The notes under the pieces are model-generated. The model searched no databases, had not been told where the DNA came from, and was given only the letters and a program-made list of their open reading frames with translations. This document shows, piece by piece, positions 49,278 through 59,098 of a stretch of 64,000 bases of DNA (the first letter of the stretch is position 1; every line of letters starts with the position of its first letter). The translations under genes and the position numbers were made by a program. Source of the DNA: an uncultured Methylomirabilota bacterium (GTDB lineage Bacteria > Methylomirabilota > Methylomirabilia > Methylomirabilales > 2-02-FULL-66-22); NCBI GenBank assembly GCA_963845565.1, contig CAWJSJ010000002.1, positions 2,240,001-2,304,000 of the forward strand. Reading direction: 5' to 3'.

Positions 49278-50828
49278 ATGCGAAAGTGGACGGCATGGAT
49301 CTGGGCCGCGGCGTTGGTGCTGGCGGTGGCGCCCCTGGCCTGGGCGGCGCCCAGTGGGAAAGTCGTGGTGGCTCAAGGCGTGGACCCGACGACACTGGAC
49401 CCGCAGGACCACGAGGAGACCCCGGCTTTCAACGTGCTCCTGAATATCTACGACACCCTCTTGATCCGGGACAAGGACCTGAAGATCACTCCGTGGCTCG
49501 CCACCTCGTACAAACTCGTCAACCCCACCACCTGGGAGTTCAAGCTTCGTCAGGGGGTGAAATTCACCAACGGCGAGGAGTTCGACGCCGAGGTCGCCAA
49601 GTTCAGCCTGGAGCGGATGGCCAATCCCGCCAACAACCTGAAGATGACCGCGCTTCGCACGATCGCGCGGGTTGACGTCAAGGACAAGTACACGATTCAG
49701 ATTGTCACGCACAAGCCGTTCCCGACGCTGGACGCCCATCTCACGCTGCGCGGCGCCATGTTGCCGCCCAAGTACTTCAAGGAGAAGGACAAGGCCTTCC
49801 TGGCGCGGAACCCCGTCGGGACGGGCGCCTTCAAGTTCGTCACCTGGGTCAAGGACGACCGGATCGAGTTCGAGGCGAACGAGCAGTGGTGGCACGGCGC
49901 TCCGCAGATCAAGACGCTGATCTTCCGTCCGATTCCTGAGGAGACCACCCGGATGTCGGCCCTGCAGACCGGTGAGGTGGACATCGCGACCAACGTGCCG
50001 CCCCACCTGGTCAAAGAGCTCAAGAACCACCCCAAGATCACCATCTCGTCGGCGCCCAGCGTCCGGACGATCTTCATCCCCATCTACAACGTCCAGTGCG
50101 AGATGGCCCAGGGCTCCTACGATTGCACCAAGCCCTACCCGGGGCCGACGGCCAATCCCAAAGTGCGCCAGGCAATAAACTACGCAGTGGACGTGGACGC
50201 CATCATCAAGAACGTCCTGGAGGGGCAAGCGATCCGGACGGCCACACCGCTCACGGCCAAGCACTTCGGCTATGATCCGACGCTCAAGCCGTTCCCCTAC
50301 GACCCCGCCAAGGCGAAGAAGCTCCTGGCCGAGGCCGGCTATCCCAACGGCATCGACCTGGTGCTGAACTCCCCCAACGGCCGCTATCCCAAAGACAAAG
50401 AGGTTGCCGAGGCAGTGGCGGGACAGTTGACCAAGGCGGGCATTCGCACCCAGCTCAAGGTCCATGAGTGGACCACCTACATGACCAATTTGTCGTACCG
50501 CCACAATGCGGGACCCATGTGGCTGATCGGTTGGGGCAACACGGCGTGGGATGCGGACTACACCTACACTCCCATGTTCCGGACGAACCAGATCCTGGCC
50601 AACTACTGGAACCCGGACTTCAACAACCTGCTGGAGGACGGGCAGACGAACATGGACCAGAAGAAGCGCCTGCAGATCTACGCCAAGGCGAGCCGCTTCT
50701 TCATCGATGATGCGCCGGCCATCCCGCTGTACCAGCAGATCGACAACTATGGCGTCAACCGGAAGGTCCAGTGGACGGCCCGGCCCGACGAGCGGATCGA
50801 AGGCTTCAGCATGGCCGTGAAACCGTAA
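49278..50828 (+). CDS. Family 5 ABC substrate-binding protein (DppA-like)
   Basis: Signal peptide, TLDP, LRQGVKFTNG, PVGTGAF, VRQAINYAVD, YDPAKAKKLLAEAGY. Confidence 0.93.
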   Translation: MRKWTAWIWAAALVLAVAPLAWAAPSGKVVVAQGVDPTTLDPQDHEETPAFNVLLNIYDTLLIRDKDLKITPWLATSYKLVNPTTWEFKLRQGVKFTNGEEFDAEVAKFSLERMANPANNLKMTALRTIARVDVKDKYTIQIVTHKPFPTLDAHLTLRGAMLPPKYFKEKDKAFLARNPVGTGAFKFVTWVKDDRIEFEANEQWWHGAPQIKTLIFRPIPEETTRMSALQTGEVDIATNVPPHLVKELKNHPKITISSAPSVRTIFIPIYNVQCEMAQGSYDCTKPYPGPTANPKVRQAINYAVDVDAIIKNVLEGQAIRTATPLTAKHFGYDPTLKPFPYDPAKAKKLLAEAGYPNGIDLVLNSPNGRYPKDKEVAEAVAGQLTKAGIRTQLKVHEWTTYMTNLSYRHNAGPMWLIGWGNTAWDADYTYTPMFRTNQILANYWNPDFNNLLEDGQTNMDQKKRLQIYAKASRFFIDDAPAIPLYQQIDNYGVNRKVQWTARPDERIEGFSMAVKP

Positions 50829-50842
50829 CGAGCGCTTTCGGC

Positions 50843-50940
50843 CGTCAGCGATCAGCGTTCAGCCGCACGACGGAGGGCTGAGAGCGCTGTCGGGCCGTCC
50901 GGAACCCGGCTGAGCGCTGATTGCTGATCGCTGATGGCTC
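50843..50940. repeat. Heptamer inverted tandem array (GATCAGC / GCTGATC)
   Basis: CGTCAGC GATCAGC GTTCAGC ... GCTGAGC GCTGATT GCTGATC GCTGATG. Confidence 0.75.
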
Positions 50941-50955
50941 CGCGAGGTGGGTTCC

Positions 50956-51264
50956 ATGTACGTTGTCTGCGTCACGGTACGCGTCGTGCCGGAACGGACT
51001 GATGCCTTCCTTCAGGCCACCCTCGACAACGCTCGCCAGAGCCGGCAGGAGCCCGGGAACGTTCGCTTCGACGTGCTGCAGGCCGAGTCTGAGCCCAGCC
51101 AGTTCTTCCTCTATGAGGTCTATCGCGGGAAGGACGACTTCGCCCGCCACCAGCAGGCACCGCATTACCTGCGTTGGAAGGAGACCGTTGCCCCCTGGAT
51201 GGCGACTCCCCGGCAGGGCGTCCGTCATCTGAGTTGTTTTCCCGATGCGGCTGGATGGGGATAG
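50956..51264 (+). CDS. ABM-fold protein, LsrG-like
   Basis: NARQSRQEPGNVRFDVLQ, FFLYEVY, HQQAPHYLRWKETVAPWM closely follow the LsrG pattern. Confidence 0.8.
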   Translation: MYVVCVTVRVVPERTDAFLQATLDNARQSRQEPGNVRFDVLQAESEPSQFFLYEVYRGKDDFARHQQAPHYLRWKETVAPWMATPRQGVRHLSCFPDAAGWG

Positions 51265-51372
51265 GGGGTCGGGCGGAGACCAGCCGCGGGGTCGGATCGC
51301 AGCCCGCCTCGGACGCGTCCGGGCCGTGCGCGGAAGCGTGGGCGGGTTTCGGCGGGGCTCTCGAATCGAAGG

Positions 51373-51762
51373 TCAGCGCGCGGCAGCGAGCTTGGCGAGA
51401 AACCGGTCACGGGAGAGCCGCATGCGTTCGTGGCGGCCCTCGCCGATCGTACCGCGGTCGTCGTAGGCGATCACGATGAACGTGAGCTTCCGACCCTCCA
51501 CGGCGACCAGCGTGGCCTCGGCCCTGACCTCGGCGCCGACGGGCGTCGCGGCGAGGTGGGTGATCTCGAGGCGGGTCCCCACGGTGGTCTCCTCCGGCGC
51601 GAGGCGCCCGGCGAGCGCATTCACCGCAGCAGCCTCGACGAGCGCCACCAGGGCCGGAGTGCCGAATGCCGGCACGTCGCCGCTCCCCAGGGCCGCGGCC
51701 GTTTGGTCCGCGGTCACCCGCGTGACGACCTGACCACGTAGCCCCACCACGATTTCAGGCAT
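51373..51762 (-). CDS. FlK-like hotdog thioesterase
   Basis: FGTPALVALVE, TVGTRLEITHLAATPVG, GEGRHER. Confidence 0.88.
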   Translation of the reverse strand: MPEIVVGLRGQVVTRVTADQTAAALGSGDVPAFGTPALVALVEAAAVNALAGRLAPEETTVGTRLEITHLAATPVGAEVRAEATLVAVEGRKLTFIVIAYDDRGTIGEGRHERMRLSRDRFLAKLAAAR

Positions 51763-51827
51763 GGACGGCGTTCTCCTGATGGCAAGGTTCCCGGTGGACG
51801 ACTCGTCCGAGCGGCACGGGAGGCGCG

Positions 51828-52907
51828 TTACAAACCGGCCGGGATGACGGCTTCGGCGATGAGGTCGCCCATGCGGCGCGTTCCGACCACCTCGGTCCCC
51901 GGCTGTCGGATGTCGACGGTGCGGTACCCCCGTTCCAGCACGCGCCCGACCGCGGCCTCGATGGCGGCGGCGGCGTCCCCGCGGTGCAGCGAGTATTCCA
52001 GGAGCATGGACCCCGACAACACGGCTGCGATGGGATTCGCCTGGTCCTGGTCGGCAATGTCCGGTGCGCTCCCGTGGACGGGCTCGTACAGGCCCACGCC
52101 GGTGCCCAGGCTGGCCGAGGGGAGGAGCCCCAGCGAGCCGGCGAGCACGGCTGCCTCGTCGCTCAGGATGTCCCCGAACGTGTTCTCGGCTACCAGGACG
52201 TCGAAGGCGGCGGGCCGCTGCAGGAGCCGCATGGCGGCGGTGTCCGCGAGCAGGTGGTCCAGCGCCACGTCGGGATAATCTGCCGCGATGCGGGTGACGA
52301 CGGTTCGCCAGAGCTCTCCGCTGGCGAGGACGTTCGCCTTGTCCACGGAAGTCAGACGCTTCCGCCGGCGTCGGGCCGCCTCGAAGGCCGCGCGCGCAAT
52401 GCGCTCGATCTCCGCCGCGGTATAGGTCAGGGTGTCCACCGCCCGCTCGCCGTCCGGCCCCACGACGATCCCCTTGGGTTCACCATAGTAGAGGCCGCCG
52501 GTCAGTTCCCGGATCACGAGGAGGTCCACGCCGTCCAGGACCTCGGGTTTCAGCGGCGACACGTTCATCAGGGCCGGGAACGGCTTGACCGGTCGGAGAT
52601 TGGCAAAAAGGTCCAGGGTCTTGCGGAGCGCCAGGATGCCTTGCTCCGGCCGCATCCGGCGGGGGAGCGCGTCCCAGCGGGGGCCACCGGCGGCCCCGAA
52701 GAGGATGGCGTCGGCCTGGCGGCACAGGCTCAGGGTGGCCTCCGGCAAGGGCGTGCCGGCGGCGTCGTACGCGCCGCCGCCGATCGGCGCCTCATGGAAG
52801 GTGAGCGACAGGCCAAACCGGTCGGCTGCCGCGCGCAGGACCTTGACCGCCGCGCGAATCACTTCGGGTCCGATCCCATCGCCGGGGAGCACCGCAATCC
52901 GCGCCAT
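51828..52907 (-). CDS. leuB: 3-isopropylmalate dehydrogenase
   Basis: LPGDGIGPEV, ANLRP, RELTGGLY, DKANVL, FGDILSD, EPVHGSAPDIA. Confidence 0.95.
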   Translation of the reverse strand: MARIAVLPGDGIGPEVIRAAVKVLRAAADRFGLSLTFHEAPIGGGAYDAAGTPLPEATLSLCRQADAILFGAAGGPRWDALPRRMRPEQGILALRKTLDLFANLRPVKPFPALMNVSPLKPEVLDGVDLLVIRELTGGLYYGEPKGIVVGPDGERAVDTLTYTAAEIERIARAAFEAARRRRKRLTSVDKANVLASGELWRTVVTRIAADYPDVALDHLLADTAAMRLLQRPAAFDVLVAENTFGDILSDEAAVLAGSLGLLPSASLGTGVGLYEPVHGSAPDIADQDQANPIAAVLSGSMLLEYSLHRGDAAAAIEAAVGRVLERGYRTVDIRQPGTEVVGTRRMGDLIAEAVIPAGL

Positions 52908-53130
52908 CCGCACCTCGTCGCCTGGCGAAGTCGCCTGCCGGCCACTCGGCCCGTGTGCACCAGCCGCGCGGCCCGTCTCTTGTAGCACGCCCACGAAAAC
53001 GAGGTCAAGTGCTACCGCGCCTGGCATCCGGAGGTTGGGAACGCCGGTCTAGGGTGCTATACTCTCTGTCAGGCGCCGCTCGCGAGGGTCAGTGCGGGGC
53101 CAGGACTCGGCGCAGCGAGAGGGTCGGACG

Positions 53131-53790
53131 ATGCGTATTCACACCGCGGAATTTCTGCAGAGCGCAGGGCGGACGGACCAGTTCCCGCGCGGGGGTCGGC
53201 CGGAGGTGGCGTTTGCGGGCCGCTCCAACGTGGGGAAATCCTCGCTCATCAACCGCCTGCTCGGGCGGCGCAGCTTGGCGCACACGAGTTCGACCCCCGG
53301 CCGGACGCGCACGCTGAACTTCTACACGATCAACGACGGCTTCCTCTTCGTCGATCTCCCCGGCTACGGCTACGCGAAGGTTTCGCGGGCCGTCCAGGAA
53401 GAGTGGTGGACCCTGGTCGAGGCGTACCTGGCCGAGCGGGCCCCGCTCCGTGGCGTCGTCCATCTCGCCGATGCCCGACACCCGCTCACCGAGCTGGATC
53501 TGGGGCTGCAGGAGTTCCTGGTCTCCGTCGGAGTGCCCCGGCTCCACGTGCTCACCAAGGCGGACAAGGTGCCGCGTGGAGAACGGGTGGCGGTGCTGGC
53601 GGCGGCGCGCGCGGCGCTTCGGGTGGGCGAGTCGGAAACCCCGCTGTTCTTTTCGGCGGTCACCGGGGAGGGCGTTCCGGAGATGTGGCGGGCCGTCGAG
53701 GCGGTGCTGGGGTCTCCGCCGCCCCGGCCGGTGGCGTCCGGTCCCGGTTCTGCCCCGCGGCGTCGGGGGGCAGAGACCGGCTCGAATTGA
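53131..53790 (+). CDS. engB: Ribosome biogenesis GTPase YihA/EngB
   Basis: GRSNVGKSSLIN, TPGRT, DLPGYG, TKADK. Confidence 0.96.
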   Translation: MRIHTAEFLQSAGRTDQFPRGGRPEVAFAGRSNVGKSSLINRLLGRRSLAHTSSTPGRTRTLNFYTINDGFLFVDLPGYGYAKVSRAVQEEWWTLVEAYLAERAPLRGVVHLADARHPLTELDLGLQEFLVSVGVPRLHVLTKADKVPRGERVAVLAAARAALRVGESETPLFFSAVTGEGVPEMWRAVEAVLGSPPPRPVASGPGSAPRRRGAETGSN

Positions 53791-53792
53791 GA

Positions 53793-53821
53793 TTGACGCC
53801 TCCGAGGCGTCCTGCTAAAGT
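53793..53821 (+). promoter_or_regulatory. sigma70 promoter with embedded palindrome
   Basis: TTGACG-17nt-TAAAGT with TGn; GACGCCTC-C-GAGGCGTC overlaps the -35 box and spacer. Confidence 0.6.
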
Positions 53822-53878
53822 CATCGCTAACGGCCGGGGCCTCCCCGGCCGTCCGCTTCTGACCACGAGGAACAGCGC

Positions 53879-55642
53879 ATGGGACGGTACAGGACAACGC
53901 GATGGATCTCGGCGGCCTCGCTCGCGGTGGCGCTCCTGCCCGGGTGCGCGGACGTGATCGCAGAGCAGCGCAGCAACCGGTCCGATCCGCGCGCGGCCGG
54001 CGCCACCGCCGTCTCCGCCCGCGGCGAGAGCCGAGGGGATCGGCGGGCCTACTACGCCTACTCCCGCAGCGTCTGGGCGGAGATCCAGGGTGACCTGGAC
54101 GCGGCGGTGATGTGGGGCCGCGAGGCGATCCGTCACGACCCGACCTCTCGCCCCCTGCGCAACCACCTGGCGTCGGTCCTCCTCAAGAAAGGCGATTTCC
54201 GGGGGGCCATCAGCGAAGGGGAGGAAATCCTCGCGCTGGCGCCCAACGACGTGCAGGCCCACCTGCTGTTGGCCGCAGCCTATCAGGGGCTCCGCAACGT
54301 CCGCGGCGCGGAAAAGCACTACCAGGAGGTCATCCGTCTGGACCCCAAGCGACCCGAGGCGTACCTCTTTCTGGGCAACCTGTACGCCGAGACCCGGAAA
54401 TATCCCGAAGCCATCGCCGCCTTCGAGGCCCTGATTCGCTCCAACCCACGGAGTCACCTGGCGTACTACAGTCTGGGGCGGGTCTACCTGGAGACCAAGG
54501 AGCCCGACAAGGCTCGCGCCGCTTTCCAGTCCGCCATCGAGCGGAACCCGGATTTCGATCCCGCCTGGATCGGCCTGGCGGGCAGCATGGAACTGCAGGG
54601 GCGGTACGACGCCGCTGCCGAGGTTTACCAGCGCGCCCTGGCGAACGATCCGGACAACCGCGAATTCCGGGAGCGGCTGGCGCAGATCCATTTGCGACGG
54701 GGCGATCTCGACGCGGCGCTGGCCGCCTACGAAGAGCTCCGACGCACGGATCCGACAAACCCGGCGCTCCTGACGCGGATCGGGCAGATCTACGCCGAAA
54801 AGAAAGAGTACGACAAGGCGCTGGAGATCTTCCGGGCGGTCCTCGCGAAGGAGCCGGGGACCGGCGAAGCGCGGCTTGCGCTGGGGCTCAGCCTGGAGGC
54901 GATGAAGCGGTACGACGAGGCGCTCGACGTCCTGGGGCGCATGTCGCCCAAGGACGCGCGCTACGTGGACGCCCTGCTGCACCGAGGCTACATCTACGGG
55001 CAACTGGAGCGCTTCGACGAGGCGACGGCGGCGTTCACCGAGGCCGCCCGGCTGCGGCCCCAGGAGGGCAACGTGCCGTACTTCCTGGGGCTGACCTATC
55101 TGCAGAAGAAGGCATATCCCCAGGCCGCCGAGCAGCTGGAAAAGGCGGTGGCCCTGGATCCGACCAACGTCCAGTTTCAGTACCAGCTGGGGGCCGCCCT
55201 CGAGCGGTCGCGGCAACTGGAGCGTGCCGAAGGCGTGTTCCGGAAGGTGCTGGCGCTGGACCCGAACCACGCCGACGCCTACAACTACCTCGGCTACATG
55301 TTCGCGGACGAGGGGATCAAGCTGGACGAGGCGGTGGTGCTGATCCGTAAAGCCTTGGCGTTCGAGCCGGAGAACGGCGCATTCCTCGATAGCCTGGGCT
55401 GGGCCTACTTCAAGCTGGGTCGGATGGACGAGGCACTCGCCGAGTTGCTCCGCGCCGTCAAATACTCCCGCCGAGCGGATGCCACCATCCACGAGCATTT
55501 GGGGGACGTCTATTTCCGCAAAGGCTTGCTCCAGGACGCCGCGCGGGAGTGGGACCGCGCGCTGACGCTCGACGAGACCAACGCGATCCTTCGCCAGAAA
55601 CTCGACGATCTCCGCAAGCGCATCTCCCGCGACGGCCAATGA
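53879..55642 (+). CDS. TPR-repeat lipoprotein
   Basis: Lipobox LPGC; many TPRs; NYLGYMFAD and LDSLGWAY motifs; typical position upstream of lolB-ispE. Confidence 0.92.
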   Translation: MGRYRTTRWISAASLAVALLPGCADVIAEQRSNRSDPRAAGATAVSARGESRGDRRAYYAYSRSVWAEIQGDLDAAVMWGREAIRHDPTSRPLRNHLASVLLKKGDFRGAISEGEEILALAPNDVQAHLLLAAAYQGLRNVRGAEKHYQEVIRLDPKRPEAYLFLGNLYAETRKYPEAIAAFEALIRSNPRSHLAYYSLGRVYLETKEPDKARAAFQSAIERNPDFDPAWIGLAGSMELQGRYDAAAEVYQRALANDPDNREFRERLAQIHLRRGDLDAALAAYEELRRTDPTNPALLTRIGQIYAEKKEYDKALEIFRAVLAKEPGTGEARLALGLSLEAMKRYDEALDVLGRMSPKDARYVDALLHRGYIYGQLERFDEATAAFTEAARLRPQEGNVPYFLGLTYLQKKAYPQAAEQLEKAVALDPTNVQFQYQLGAALERSRQLERAEGVFRKVLALDPNHADAYNYLGYMFADEGIKLDEAVVLIRKALAFEPENGAFLDSLGWAYFKLGRMDEALAELLRAVKYSRRADATIHEHLGDVYFRKGLLQDAAREWDRALTLDETNAILRQKLDDLRKRISRDGQ

Positions 55643-56460
55643 GGTTTCCGGTCCGCCCCTTGGTGGCGGCGGGGTTGCTCCTCACCGCCGCCTGCGCCGT
55701 GCTCCCCGCGCCGCGCCTCGGCACGCCGCCGGAACTCGAGACGGTGCGAGACCTACTTCTGCACGACGAGGCGACGGCGCAGACGGTGCGGGGTCTCGCG
55801 CGGGTGGGGTTCGACGGCCCGCGGGGGAGCGGGTCGGCTACTCAGGCGGTCGTCGTCGCCTTGCCGGACCGCGCGCGCGTCGAGGTCCTCACGCCTCTGG
55901 GGACCACGGCCCTGGTGGCCACGCTCCGGGCGGAGGAACTACGGGTGCATTCCCCGATCCGCCACGAGTACAGCGTCGGCCGGGCGACGCGGGAGACGCT
56001 GGCGCGGCTGGTCATGGTGCCCGTGCCGCCCGCCTTCCTGCTGCGGCTGCTCGCCGGGCTCCCGCCGCTCGCGGTCCGAGCGCAGGACCCGAGGCTGACA
56101 TTGGTCGCCGAGGGGCCGGTCGTGCGCGTGGAAACGGTGGACGGAGAGTACTGGCAGCGGCTCTGGACGGGGACGGAGGATCCGGGGGTGGCGCGCGGAG
56201 AGGTGGGGCGAGCCGCCGAGCTCCTGCTCACGTTTTCCTTCGCGGACCGACGCCTCGTGCAGGGACGGGCGTTCCCCTTCGAGCAACAGGTGGGGGATCC
56301 GGCCACGGGAAGCCGGCTCCGGGTGCAATTCGAACAGGTGGCATTGAACGGGCCGGCGGAGGCCGCTCTCTTCGACCTGCCCCTGCCCGCGGATCCGCAA
56401 ACCCGGATCATCGAATTCGGCGGCGCCGAGCCGGGCCGCCCGGGGGGTGTCGCCCCGTGA
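55639..56460 (+). CDS. LolB-like / DUF4292 lipoprotein
   Basis: Lipobox TAAC; PDRARVEVLTPLG; located between the TPR gene and ispE. Confidence 0.7.
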   Translation: MRFPVRPLVAAGLLLTAACAVLPAPRLGTPPELETVRDLLLHDEATAQTVRGLARVGFDGPRGSGSATQAVVVALPDRARVEVLTPLGTTALVATLRAEELRVHSPIRHEYSVGRATRETLARLVMVPVPPAFLLRLLAGLPPLAVRAQDPRLTLVAEGPVVRVETVDGEYWQRLWTGTEDPGVARGEVGRAAELLLTFSFADRRLVQGRAFPFEQQVGDPATGSRLRVQFEQVALNGPAEAALFDLPLPADPQTRIIEFGGAEPGRPGGVAP

Positions 56461-57335
56461 ACGAGGTTGTCATCCCGTCGCCGGCCAAGATCAATCTATT
56501 CCTCGAGATCGTGAGCCGGCGTCCCGACGGCTACCACGAGATCGAGTCGATCATGCAACTGGTGGATCTCTGCGATGAGGTGCGCCTGCGCCGGCAGCGA
56601 CGCGGTATCCGTGTCCAGGTGAGCGGTGCCGAGCTACCCGAGGGGCGGGGCAACCTGGCCTACCGCGCCGCGGCGCTCTTCTTCGAGGCGGCCGAGGTCT
56701 CGGACGGGGTCGAGATTCACTTGACCAAGCGTATTCCGGTGGCGGGGGGGCTCGGCGGCGGATCGAGCAATGCCGCCGCGGTCCTCCTTGGGCTTGACCG
56801 TCTCTACGCGTTGGGGTGGTCCCGGGAGACCCTGCAGGAACTGGGGAGCCGACTGGGGAGCGATGTCCCGTTCTTCCTGAGCGATGGGCTGGCCATCGCC
56901 CGAGGGCGGGGGGAGCGGCTGACTCCGCTGCCGGCCTGGCCGCCTCGCTGGGTCGTTCTGGCGAACCCGGGGATTCCGATTTCGACTGCCTGGGCATACC
57001 GGGAGGCCAGTTCGAAATTGACAGAGTGGCAGGCTCGGGTTACACTGCCGACTTTGACCGCGGAGGGTCCGCCGGGGTGGCCCCCGGTCTGGGCGTTCAA
57101 TCGCCTGGAAGAGGTGGTGCTGCCGCACCGGCCGGAACTCCTGGCCCTGAAGGCGCTTCTGCAGGACGGCGGCGGCATGCCGGTGCTCATGTCCGGCAGC
57201 GGCGCTTCCGTGTTTGCGGTGGTACCGGATGCCGACGCCGCCGAGGCTTTGGCGGCCCGGGTCCGAGACAGCGGAGCCTTCGCCGTGGCCGCGCAGACGC
57301 TGCCCAGCAACCCGATGTTCGACGTCCTCGGCTGA
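56457..57335 (+). CDS. ispE: 4-diphosphocytidyl-2C-methyl-D-erythritol kinase
   Basis: PAKINLFL, KRIPVAGGLGGGSSNAA, LGSDVPFF, MSGSG. Confidence 0.96.
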   Translation: MNEVVIPSPAKINLFLEIVSRRPDGYHEIESIMQLVDLCDEVRLRRQRRGIRVQVSGAELPEGRGNLAYRAAALFFEAAEVSDGVEIHLTKRIPVAGGLGGGSSNAAAVLLGLDRLYALGWSRETLQELGSRLGSDVPFFLSDGLAIARGRGERLTPLPAWPPRWVVLANPGIPISTAWAYREASSKLTEWQARVTLPTLTAEGPPGWPPVWAFNRLEEVVLPHRPELLALKALLQDGGGMPVLMSGSGASVFAVVPDADAAEALAARVRDSGAFAVAAQTLPSNPMFDVLG

Positions 57336-57386
57336 GGCCGCCGGGCAGGCGGAGCGGACAGCGCAGGATCGAGGAAGGGGATACGC

Positions 57387-58340
57387 ATGGCCGGGGAACT
57401 GGTACTCACGTCGGGGCGGGCAAATCCCCGACTGTCGCAGGAGATCGCAGAGTCCCTCGGCATGCGTCTGGCCGAGACGGACGTGATGGAGTTCTCGGAC
57501 GGTGAGGTGTTCGTCCAGGTGAACGAAAACGTCCGGGGTGCGGACGTCTTCGTGATCCAGCCGACCTGTCATCCGGTCAACCGGAACATCATGGAACTCC
57601 TGATCATGATCGATGCGCTGAAGCGCGCCTCGGCGTTTCGGATCACCGCCGTCATTCCCTATTATGGCTACGGACGCCAGGACCGGAAGGTGCAGCCGCG
57701 GGTGCCCATCACCGCCAAGCTGGTGGCGGACCTGATCACCGCCGCGGGCGCTCATCGGGTGCTCACCATGGACCTGCACGCCGGGCAGATCCAGGGCTTC
57801 TTCAACATTCCGGTGGACCACTTGTTCGCCGCCCCGGTGCTGCTGCAGTATTTCCAGGAGCGGCTCGGGCAGGGGACCTGGAAAGATCTGGTGGTGGTGT
57901 CGCCGGACGCCGGCGGGGTCGAGCGCGCGCGGGCCTTTGCCAAGCGGTTGGGGACCTCACTGGCCATCATGGACAAGCGGCGAACCGGGCCCAACGAGGC
58001 CAAGATCATGCACGTGATCGGCGACGTCGAGGGCCGGGACGTGATCCTCTTGGATGACATGATCGATACCGCCGGGAGCATCACGCAAGCCGTCGAGGCG
58101 CTCAAGCAGGAGGGGGCACGCCGGATCGTGGCGAGCTGCACCCACGCCGTCCTCTCCGGGCAGGCGATCGAGCGCTTGGAACGCTCGGAGATCGAAGAGG
58201 TGGTGCTCACGAACACGATCCCCTTACGGGAGGATCTGGCGTGCACCAAGAAAGTCACCGTGCTCTCGGTGGCACCCCTCTTGGGGGAAGCGATTCGCCG
58301 GATTCATACCGAGACCTCGGTCAGCTCGCTGTTTGTCTGA
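57387..58340 (+). CDS. prs: Ribose-phosphate pyrophosphokinase
   Basis: [38 protein letters not shown]. Confidence 0.98.
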   Translation: MAGELVLTSGRANPRLSQEIAESLGMRLAETDVMEFSDGEVFVQVNENVRGADVFVIQPTCHPVNRNIMELLIMIDALKRASAFRITAVIPYYGYGRQDRKVQPRVPITAKLVADLITAAGAHRVLTMDLHAGQIQGFFNIPVDHLFAAPVLLQYFQERLGQGTWKDLVVVSPDAGGVERARAFAKRLGTSLAIMDKRRTGPNEAKIMHVIGDVEGRDVILLDDMIDTAGSITQAVEALKQEGARRIVASCTHAVLSGQAIERLERSEIEEVVLTNTIPLREDLACTKKVTVLSVAPLLGEAIRRIHTETSVSSLFV

Positions 58341-58402
58341 TGGGCAGACGAGCGGCCGGGGAGAGCACACGTCACGTTGGTTGATGGGAGCTGGAGGAGC
58401 GC

Positions 58403-59098
58403 ATGGCAACGGTTGAGCTGAGAGGGGAAGTTCGGAGCGCGACAGGGAAGCAGGTGGCCAAGCAGCTGCGCCGGGCGCAGCGGATCCCCGCGGTCGTCTA
58501 TGGCGGCCAACGCGGTCCGGTGTCCGTCACCGTGAATCCGCTGGAGCTGCTGGCGGTGCTGGAGGCCGGGGCGAACGTTCTGATCAATCTGTCCATCACG
58601 GGCGGCGAAACACCGCAGACCTCCCTGGTGATCCTGAAGGATCTCCAGCGGGATCCGGTGAAGTGGCGTCCGCTGCACGCCGACTTCCAGGAAATCTCCA
58701 TGGAGCGCAAGATCCGCGTGGAGGTATCCGTGGTCGTGAGCGGCGAGCCGATTGGGGTGAAGGACAAGGGCGGCATCCTGGAGCAGTCGCTCCGCCAGTT
58801 GCTGGTGGAATGTCTGCCGGGCAGCATCCCCGATCGGATCGTGGTGGACGTGACCGGTCTCGACATCGGCGACGTGCTGCACGTGCGAGACGTCGGGGTG
58901 GCGGAGGGTGTCCGCATCCTGGACGACGCCGGACGGGTGGTGGCGTCGGTCATCGCCCCGGCGGCCGAGGAAGTGGCGGCGCCCACGGAAGAGGCGCCGA
59001 CCGAGCCGGAGGTGGTGGGCAAGAAGGAGAAGGAAGAGGGTGAAGCCGCCGCACCGGAAACCAAGAGCAAGGCGGGCGCGGAGGCCAAGACGAAGTAA
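58403..59098 (+). CDS. rplY: 50S ribosomal protein L25 / Ctc
   Basis: IPAVVYG, QRDPV, HADF, acidic tail EPEVVGK. Confidence 0.96.
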   Translation: MATVELRGEVRSATGKQVAKQLRRAQRIPAVVYGGQRGPVSVTVNPLELLAVLEAGANVLINLSITGGETPQTSLVILKDLQRDPVKWRPLHADFQEISMERKIRVEVSVVVSGEPIGVKDKGGILEQSLRQLLVECLPGSIPDRIVVDVTGLDIGDVLHVRDVGVAEGVRILDDAGRVVASVIAPAAEEVAAPTEEAPTEPEVVGKKEKEEGEAAAPETKSKAGAEAKTK

